DNA of 64,000 nt from the human T2T-CHM13v2.0 reference genome, Homo sapiens, in the NCBI RefSeq assembly GCF_009914755.1, contig NC_060942.1, one strand, 5' to 3'. Each line of letters begins with the position of its first letter. The first letter of the stretch is position 1. Below the pieces are notes generated by a model. It saw nothing but the letters and a program-made list of their open reading frames with translations, was not told the origin of the DNA and did no database searches. Positions 54,911 to 64,000 of the stretch are shown in pieces. The position numbers and the translations under genes are program-made.

Positions 54911-55126
54911 CCTCCAAATAAAAACTTCTTTACTATAGAATCTGTCCAAGGCCATGTAAAATAACAGGAAATGACTCTGATGTGGCCTAAGCACTAATGT
55001 GAAGGAAAAAGAAATCTGATATGGAAAAATATATCCAGCTTTGCCCTCTAGCATGTTAACTTTAATCCAAACAAATATACTCACAAAAAATAGACAAGCT
55101 AAATTGCCAGTGTAAGAAAATTTAAA

Positions 55127-55127
<1 letters not shown>

Positions 55128-55166
<39 letters not shown>
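55128..55166. repeat. (CA)~19 microsatellite
   Basis: Read directly. Confidence 0.97.
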
Positions 55167-55170
<4 letters not shown>

Positions 55171-55199
55171 TTCTGCAAGGACACACCATCTAATAAACC

Positions 55200-57850
55200 T
55201 CAGGATATACCCCCAGATTAAGAATCAACTCAATCATTTTATAATCCAATAAAATCAACTCTCATAACACCAAAATCAGGGTCTTTGAAAAAGTATAATT
55301 GAACTATAATTGAAATATTAAGATATATTTTTTAAGAAGAGAGAAAAAATAAATTCAATTAGATGTTTCAAATCGGATAAGATTAAAACAGACATGCATA
55401 TACATCAGGTCTATAAAATTTTACAAGATGATTATACTAACCACTTAAGGAAAAGGTATGTCCAAGCTATTATAAATTCTACATTTGAATATAAAGAGGC
55501 CATCCCACCAACTTATTCTATATATCTCACATAATATTAATATAAAAGCCATACAAGGGGATGCTAATTTTAAAAAATTATAAGCTAATTTTATTCAATA
55601 CTTTTGATGCAATACTTCTAAATACAGTGTTAGCAAATGAAATCTCGTGACTTGTATTTTTTTAAAAAAATTATAAAGATTAAACTAGGGAAAATCCTAT
55701 AAACTTAAGAGTGGTTCATTATTAGAAAAATCTATTAACATTGTTCACCACAGTGATAGGAGAAAGGACGAAAATCATTTGATCGTGGCAATGAACACAA
55801 GAAATAAATTAAATAAAATTCCAATTCAACTTATGATAAGCAAAGTAAAACCTACATAAGACATTATTTAATAGGATATAGATAAGCTACCATACTATAT
55901 AGCACATATTGTATTTAATTGTATGGTACTGTAATGGGTTGTGTTACATTGTGTTAGAAACTGACCTTAAAAGTCAGTAATGAGTTGCGCATACCTAATA
56001 TCACGATTACTTTTTAACAGTATGCTAGCATCATAATAAAGCGTAACAATAAAAAACGATGTGTTTGTATGTCACCATTAGGAAATTAGAGAAAAGCAAT
56101 AATTAGTCACATAAAATATGATATTGACACAAAACTGAAAAGACTGTAAGGGCAAATTTTTAAAAATACTGATAGGGCAATAAAGACTGTATATATCGGT
56201 ATGCAAAAATAAATATAAAACTAATATAAAAATAAATTATAACTTTAACATTAATAAATTTTACATTTATAAAATAAAACAACTAAGTGAAATGTATTCA
56301 GAAAAAGATAAAAATTACAGTAACATATTTTAAAATATATGTAAATAAAGAGGAAGGCCAAATATAAGCACAAAACTTCATTGTTTCCAAGTCAATCAAT
56401 AAAATTTCAATAAAGAACCTCCTAGGCTTTTTGTTTTGTTTTGGTGGAATTTGATAAGTTGATTTTTAAATGTATATGGGAGAGCAGAAAGCTTAAAATG
56501 CCCAAGACATTTTTTAATATAATTTAATGCTACATGATATTTCCTTCCAGATAATCAAGACTAATTATATAACTATGTTAATTAAAGCCATGGTCGATGC
56601 ACGAATACATGAATAAACAGATGAAACAATAAAGGACATCAAGATAGATCATCATATATAAGTGTAAATATTTGAAATATAAGAAAAGAGGCATTGTAGA
56701 TGAGTGAGAATATAAGCCAGGACAATTTATTAGCCATATGGGGAAACATTGAATTATTACTTCACACCACAAACAAAATCAATTTCAAGTATATTCTCAT
56801 ATACTTATCCTTATGATAACAAATACAAAAGTGTTTTTTAATGAGCACATACAAAAATAAGGGAAAACATTGTTAAACTTAGTTTTCTTGTATTAAAAGG
56901 AAAGTTCCATTCATTTAGAGATGTCTTTAAAAAGATACATGACAAATCAGACAATACTTGCGATACTAATGAACAAAGAGTTGCTTTTCAAACATATAAA
57001 GAACTTAGACAAACTAATATAAAAGGCATATAACTCAATTTAAATTTAAGCAAAATATATAAATACACAATTTATAGATGGAGAAATATGATACCAGTAA
57101 GCATACATACAATATTTATCTTCCCTAGTAATCAGGAAATAGACACTAATTCACAAAGTGATACATTTGAAACATTTAAGAAGGCAAATCTTTTAAAGCT
57201 TTAAAATAACATTTTTTCCCAAGAGTGTAGAGGAGCAGAAAATCTATTACTTTTTTGATGAAGTTGTAAATTAGAATCACTTTGGAGAACAACTCAGAAA
57301 TATCAAGCAAGTAAAGACATTGCTAAGCTTGTATCCTAGAGAAAATTTTGAGCATGTGATTGAAACATATACAATAAATCTAACAGCAGCATTATTGTAA
57401 CATTGAAAAATTGAAGTAAATGTATATGTCCATTAATATTTAGTTATAAAATTAGATAAAGTTTGCTAAATGCATAGCATTGAACACTATGATGTGTGAA
57501 AATGAATGGATTACAGCTCTATCAATAATATGAATCTTTGAATTTTTTAGCAGAAAATAAAGCAAATTGAAATAGACATGAAGAATCTAAAAGCATGCAA
57601 AATAGTATGATAAGTAGTTTAGAGGTACATAGGTAGTAAAATTACAAGGTTAGCATGGGAAAGAAACACCAAGTTGAGAATAATGCCTACTTTCTATGGG
57701 ATAAGGAAGGATTGTGATTGTAGAGACGCATACAAAGTGCTTCTGTTCTATATATCAATTTTGTTTCCTTAAGATGAGTGTTTATCATGGGTATTTACTA
57801 TGTTATGCATCATACCTCTTAGGTCTGAAATGTTTCATAATAAAAAGAAT
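55200..57850 (+). mobile_element. Ancient L1ME ORF2 and 3' UTR remnant
   Basis: ggaatttgataagttgatttttaaatgtatatgg, ccctagtaatcaggaaat and a 3' end gtctgaaatgtttcataataaaaa. Confidence 0.7.
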
Positions 57851-58404
57851 AAGTTAAAATTCTTAACCACCAGTTTTTAAAATCCTCCATGGTTTCATAA
57901 ATATTTAAATGATATTTTTCTAAATAGATTGTAAAGTGCTAAACTAAAATGTGTCCATTTGGTAACAAAAATACCCTAATTCATATCATTGCCATAACAG
58001 GGCAGAAAATATTATGCGTATTTTATAAGGGACACACATCCCTGCAAACTTATAGTTTATATTGCACTAAAACACATCTGATTTTCAAGTTCTAGTACCT
58101 GTCAAGCAAAAGGAAATTGATAATATCATGTGATTTTGAAAACATTCTATACATACAGACATCATTTTAATTATATTTCAATGCCTAATAATTTTTTTAG
58201 TTTAGAAGAGTAATTATGATGTCATAAAATTTCATTTTAAAGATGGCACTATTATATATGGTATACAACTTGTATTTAACTTTGAAAGAATAAAACTTAC
58301 ATACATTCATTATAAAATACATTTGTATGATTTAAAGGTTATTTGAAATTATTTCGTTTCTGAATCACAAGCTAAGAAACATACTTTCATCATCCATGTG
58401 AACA

Positions 58405-59800
58405 TTTAACTATATGGTAAGTCCTGTATGCTTTTGTGAGATCATGATAAATTTGTCAGAAAAAGTCAATGATAATAGCCATTCTCTAGTGGAAATGTGC
58501 AGCCAGTAATTATATAAACAACATGCGTATGTTCATTGCAGCACTATTCACAATAACAAAAACATCAAATCAACCCACATGCCCCTGAATGATAGACTGG
58601 GTAAAGAAAATGTGGTACATATACACCATGGAATACTATGAAGCCATAAAAAGGAATTAGAGCATGTCCTTTGCAGGGATGTGAATGAAGCTGAAAGCCA
58701 TTATCCTCAGCAAACTAACACAGAAACAGAAAACAAAACACTGCATGTTCTCACTTATAATTAGGAGCTGAACAACGAGAACACATGGACACAGGGAGAG
58801 GGACAACACACACTGGGGCATGTTGTAGGAGGATGGAGGGTGGGGAGAGCATCAGGAAGAATAGCTAATGCATGCCACACTTAATACCTAGGTGACGGGT
58901 TGATAGGTGCAGCAAACCACCATGGCACACATTTACTATGTAACAAACATGCACATCCTGCACATATACTCTGGAACTTAAAATTTTAAAAATGGCATAA
59001 AAATATTATTTCTCATGATAAAATCTATAAAAAATAAAATAGAGTCAAATAAAAAATAACTAAAGGCAGGATGAATGAAATTAGTGTTTATGCATTGGGA
59101 AGGCATCATAAGAAAATGTCATTTGATTTGTGACCTGAATAATGAAAATAAGCTATGTATGAGATCTGGGTAAAAAGAGTTCCAAACAATAGATCCAGCT
59201 TGTGCAAAGCTCTGAGAATTGGACAAGCATTCCCTGTTTGAGAGAAAGAAAATATTCCATTACAGAAGATATAAGAGAGGTAATCATAAGTCGTTATTTA
59301 GCATGGTATAAACAATTGCAATAGAAAATTGCTCCAGAATTTTTAAATGATGGCAGTGTCATCTGATGTGCCTTGCTAAGAACTTGCCTATGTGATGCTT
59401 TAGAAAGGTCATGAGAGCTATTAGGAGGAATACGGGAGTGGCCTGATGGAGGGGGTGGCTAGTGTAGTGGAAGAAGAGGTGGTACAAGTATCTAAAAGGT
59501 CACAGAATTTGCGTTTGTTTTGAAAACCATGCTTACTGTAAAACAAGAAATGAGGTGAGCCTTAGGATTTCTAATTGACAATGTGATCTGAAGGTTGTTA
59601 AGTGGCAAGAAAAAGTCCGAGATATGAGGAGGTTTGAAGGGAATGGATTTAACATTTCATTTTGTTTCTACTGAGTTTAAGATTTTGAAATTGAAGTGAC
59701 ATAGTTCAAATGGTCATGAAACAGGTGACTACATACAGGTGTGCGAGTTGATAATGTTACATAGGATGATGCAGAGGAAAAGCCTTTGCATAGGAAGAGA
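58405..59800 (-). mobile_element. L2 LINE remnant split by an L1PA
   Basis: gacctgaataatgaaaataagc...gagttccaaacaatagatccagcttgtgcaaagctctgag. Confidence 0.6.
58521..58992 (+). mobile_element. L1PA8A/L1PA10-type 3' end
   Basis: atgttcattgcagcactattcacaata...gagagcatcaggaagaatagctaatg...cttaatacctaggtgacgggttgataggtgcagcaaacc. Confidence 0.9.
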
Positions 59801-61449
59801 TAATTTCAAGTTAGTATACAAGCTGTTCTCTTAAGGTAACAACTATTCATTTGTATATATCGGCATTTTTATCTTAATATTTAGGGGCATTTCTGGTAAA
59901 AGCCATTTGTAGCAATTTTTTTATAGAATAAAATGGAGAAGAGTGAACCAATATAAGATTTTGCGTTACATTCTGTACCAGTGGGCAATTAGAAACAACA
60001 TTAGCTGAAGCTGTATGAAGAGGAGATAAGACCTATAAATTTAAAGTTTCTCATTGAACAACCGCAGATTACAAATAACCAGCTACTAAAAATGCCCTAA
60101 AACAATTAACTGCCTATTCTGAGAGAGATTGGTGGAAACAGAGGAAGAAAGATGAATAATGAAGACTAATGATAGAAGAAGAGAATATAGGTATTATCAG
60201 GAAAGAATTAATACGATAGCCACTCATTGTCACTGTCAAATATATCATTAATTCTTTAGGGAGAAGACATTAGAGATATGAACTATGTCATTCGATATGC
60301 CACCTGTACTTCACTGTTTTCCATTCATGCATAAATTATCTTTCCAAAATATATTGTCTCATAGATTTTAAGGTTTGTTTTTAAATTTTGGCTGTCATTC
60401 TAAATAAAGTTCTGAATTTAGACAACAATAACAACACAAAAGTTTTGTAATGCTATATAATTAATTTTGCCTTATTTTATAAACCCACAGTAATATTTGT
60501 AAGGAAACGTTGCATTCTTTGAATGGACAAGTATGGTACCACAGTTTCTTACAGAATGGTGACTCATTGACTTCGGTAACATCCTTTGACCTCTGGTCTT
60601 TGAAGACAATGGTAACCAGTTTTCCACTCCCCAACAAATCCTAGTACAATTTAAGCGACTTTCAATGTGCCTAATTATTAAGAGTTTATGTTCTGGACTT
60701 TCTGTCCCTTGCTTTCCTAAAATCTGTGGTCTTTCACATCAATTCTACATCATTCGCTCCATCACCATGAACTGAGTTGCTCTACATGTCAAATTATCAA
60801 TTTAGACACCGAACACTGACAATTTTGCACTTGGAAAGAGATGTCAGTCGCTTATATTATTATTTAACATTATTATTGTTACTGCTATCTTTTTGTTATT
60901 CTTATTCTTTCCATTATTTAATTTTCCTGTTTACTTGTTCAGTTACACTTCTTCTTCTACTCAGCCAGATTAGAAAAGTTAATCCATTGAGCCTGTAATT
61001 CCATCCTTTCTCCATTAGCCTCTTTCACTCTTCAAACCTTTCCCTAAGCTACCTGAACACATGATTCTGTAAACCTGGATCACATGTTCTATATTTTCAA
61101 CTGCTGTATTGCCAATAGTCTTAATTTTTTTCTCATTCAATCTGTGGATAAAAAGTATGATGATTCTAACCTATTGCTCTCTCTATGCTTTTATCTACTT
61201 CTGCTTCTAGAGAAAATAATATCCCATTATAAATTGATAATCACCAAACTCTCAGTAGGATGATTATGTGTACTTAGAAAGTTTATGTTTCTATTGTTCA
61301 TAATTTCCACTCTTAATATTCAGGCTACATCTCATTTAGTTAGCAAATTGATTCACCTACTTCACAAGGTGAAAATAAATTATTAAGAGAATCATGCCTT
61401 CTAAATCTTCAAATCTACAAATATAAAGTATATCATGGCTGTTGTAAAA

Positions 61450-61620
61450 AAAAACGACATAGAGTTGGCTTGTTCTGAATTCAACTGTATTCTATACAAT
61501 ACACTATTTTAACTTTCTTAGGCCTCAGTTATCATATGCATAAAATACAGGTGATATTTTAAAGTATTTTCAAAAATAATATAGAGAGTAGGCATGTCAT
61601 AAATGTTGCCATTATTATTG
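61450..61620 (+). mobile_element. MIR within degraded L2-like sequence
   Basis: ttttaactttcttaggcctcagttatcatatgcataaaatacagg...taaatgttgccattattatt. Confidence 0.55.
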
Positions 61621-61843
61621 TTTCATTTCTTTATTACCACAATATGTACCTATTTACCATCTTATTATCTTTATCGCTGTGGTTGTGTCTATGGCTAATC
61701 TCTCTACCTGTGTTTAGGAGCCTATTGTCTCCTATAGAATTATTTCAAATATCTCTAAAAAGAAATGATCAGTCATTAATTCTGTACAGTTATTTTTCTC
61801 TTTACTACCTCCTTACTATTCAAAAATCATATGTGCTTAAGCC

Positions 61844-63628
61844 TTTTTCCATTTATTTCACTTTTTTGTTATACTTTAAGTTCTGGGATACATGTGCAGA
61901 ACGTGCAGATTTGTTACATAGGTATACACGTGCCATAGTGGTTGGCCGCACCCATAAACCCGTCATCTATATTAGGTATTTCTCCTAATGATATCCTTCC
62001 CCAGCCCCCCTCCTCCTGACAATCCCCAGTGTGTGATGTTCCCCTCCCTGTGTCCATGTGTTGTCATTGTTCAACTTCCACTTATGAGTGAGAACATTTG
62101 GTATTTGATTTTCTGTTTCTGTGTTAGTTTGCTGAGAATGATGCTTTCCAGCTTCATCCATGTCCTGCAAAGAACATGAACTCACCCTTTTTACGGTTGC
62201 ATAGTATTCCATGGTGTATATGTGCCACATTTTCTTTATCCAGTCTAGCATTCATGGACATTTAGATTGGTTCCAAGTCTTTGCTATTGTGAACAGTGTC
62301 ACAATAAACATATGTGTGTATGTGTCTTAAAGTAGAATGATTTATAATCCTTTGAATATATACCCAGTAATGGGATTGCTGGGTCAAATGGCATTTCTGG
62401 TTCTAGATCCTTGAGGAATTGCCACACTGTCTTCCACAATGGTTGAACTAATTTACACTCCCAGCAACAGTGTAAAAGCATTCCTATTTCTCCACATCCT
62501 CTCCATCATAGATTGTTTCCTGACTTTTTAATGATCACCATTCTAGCTGGCGTGAGACCGTATCTCATTGTGGTTTTGATTTGCATTTCTCTAATGACCA
62601 GTGATGATGAGATTTTTTTCATATGTTTGTTGGCTACATAAATGTCTTCTTTTGAGAAGTGTCTCTTAATGTACTTTGTCCACTTTTTAATGGGGTCATA
62701 CGTTTTTGTTTTTGTTTTTCTTGTAAATTTGTTTAAGTTCTTTGTCAATTCTGGATATTAGCCCTTTGTCAGATGGATAGATTGCAAAAATTTTCTCCCA
62801 TTCTGTAGGTTGCCTGCTCACTCTGATGATAGTTTGTTTTGCTGTAAAGAAGCTCTTTAGTTTAATTAGATCCAATTTGTCAAGTTTGGCTTTTGTTGCC
62901 ATTACTTTTTGTGTTTTAGTCATGAAGTCTTTGCCCATGCCTATGTCCTGAGTGATATTGCCTAGGTTTTCTTTTGGGGTTTTTATGGTATTAGGTCTTG
63001 CATTTAAGTCTTTAGTCCATCTCGAGTTAATTTTTATATAAGGTATAATGAAGGGGTCCAGTTTCAGTTTTCTGCATATGGCTAGCCAGTTTTCCCAGCA
63101 CCGTTTATTAAATAGGGAATCCTTTCCCCATTGCTTGTGTGTGTCAGGTTTGTCAAAGATGATACGGTTGTAGATGTGTGTTGTTATTTCTGAGGTCTCT
63201 GTTCTGTTCCATTTGTCTATATATCTGTGTTGGTACCAGTACCTTGCTGTTTTGGTTACTGTAGGCTTGTAGTATAGTTTGAAGTTAGGTAGCATGATGC
63301 CTCCAGCTTTGTTCTTTTTGCTTAGGATTGTCTTGGTTATGTAGGCTCTTTTTTGGTTCCACATGAAATTTAAAGTAGTTTTTTTTCTAATTCTATTAAG
63401 AAAGTCAATGGTAGCTTGATGGGGATAGCATTGAATCTGTAAATTACTTTGGGCAGTATGGTCATTTTCATGATATTGATTCTTCCTATCCATGAGCATG
63501 GAATGTTTTTCCATTTGTGTGTGTCCTCTCTTACTTCCTTGAGCAGTGGTTTGTAGTTCTCCTTGAAGAGGTCCTTCACATCCCTTGTAAGTTGGATTCC
63601 TAGGTATTTTATTCTCTTTGTAGCAATT
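61844..63628 (-). mobile_element. L1PA7-type LINE-1, 5'-truncated (~1.8 kb)
   Basis: ORFs 62696-63634, 63370-63579, 62506-62748, 62299-62481 and 61985-62251 are frameshifted ORF2p pieces. The 3' UTR has acccgtcatctatattaggtatttctcctaatg. Confidence 0.94.
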
Positions 63629-63639
63629 ATACAATTGCT

Positions 63640-64000
63640 GGCAAAACTATTCTCCTATTCTGTAGGTTGCCTGTTTACTCTGTTAATAGTTTCTTTTGCT
63701 GTACAGAAGCTCTTTAGTTTAAATAGATACCATTTGTCAATTTTTGCTTTTGTTGCAATTGCTTTTGGTGACTTTGTCATAAAATTTTGCCTGTTCATAG
63801 GTCCAGGATGGTTTTGCTTAGGTTGTCTTCCAGGGGTTGTTATTGTTTTGGGTTTTACATTTAAGCTTTTAATCCTCCTTAATTTTTGTATGTAGTGTAA
63901 GCAAGGGGTCCAGTTTTTAATCATCTGCATATGGCTAGCCAGTTATCCCAGCACCATGCATTGAATAGGGAATAATTTCCACATTGCTTGTTTTTGTCAG
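63640..64000 (-). mobile_element. Second, older L1PA ORF2 fragment running out of the window
   Basis: ORF 63655-63930 [42 protein letters not shown] repeats the ORF2 interval at ~62780-63155 with different variants. Confidence 0.88.

Noticed and set aside
62696-63634. Longest ORF (312 aa)
   Set aside because: A fusion of off-frame and in-frame L1 ORF2 sequence produced by frameshifts.

Overview
AT-rich, CpG-poor, repeat-dominated primate genomic DNA. It is probably human or another catarrhine, judging from the HERV-K LTR5, AluY and L1PA3-type elements. I recognise no protein-coding gene, RNA gene, CpG island or prokaryotic feature. Most listed ORFs, including all the long ones, are LINE-1 ORF2 remnants, Alu-derived frames or microsatellite artefacts; the rest are short and unrecognised. 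The window is a layered record of transposition: L2/MIR, L1ME/MD/MC, Charlie4a, MER5, Tigger3a, LTR16, MLT1A, L1MA, MER57, LTR1, AluJ/S/Y, L1PA16 to L1PA3 and LTR5. Subfamily names come from recalled consensus features, not from a RepeatMasker run. I found no new biological system. The most interesting signals are structural: (1) an L1PA3-type insertion carrying an apparent 3' transduction inside its TSD; (2) several template-switch or snap-back scars, including an inverted L1MA piece forming a 45-bp stem, a perfect 13-bp hairpin inside an Alu, and junction fillers in deleted or fused L1s, one of them telomere-like; (3) a 165-nt minus-strand exon candidate in apparently non-repetitive DNA.
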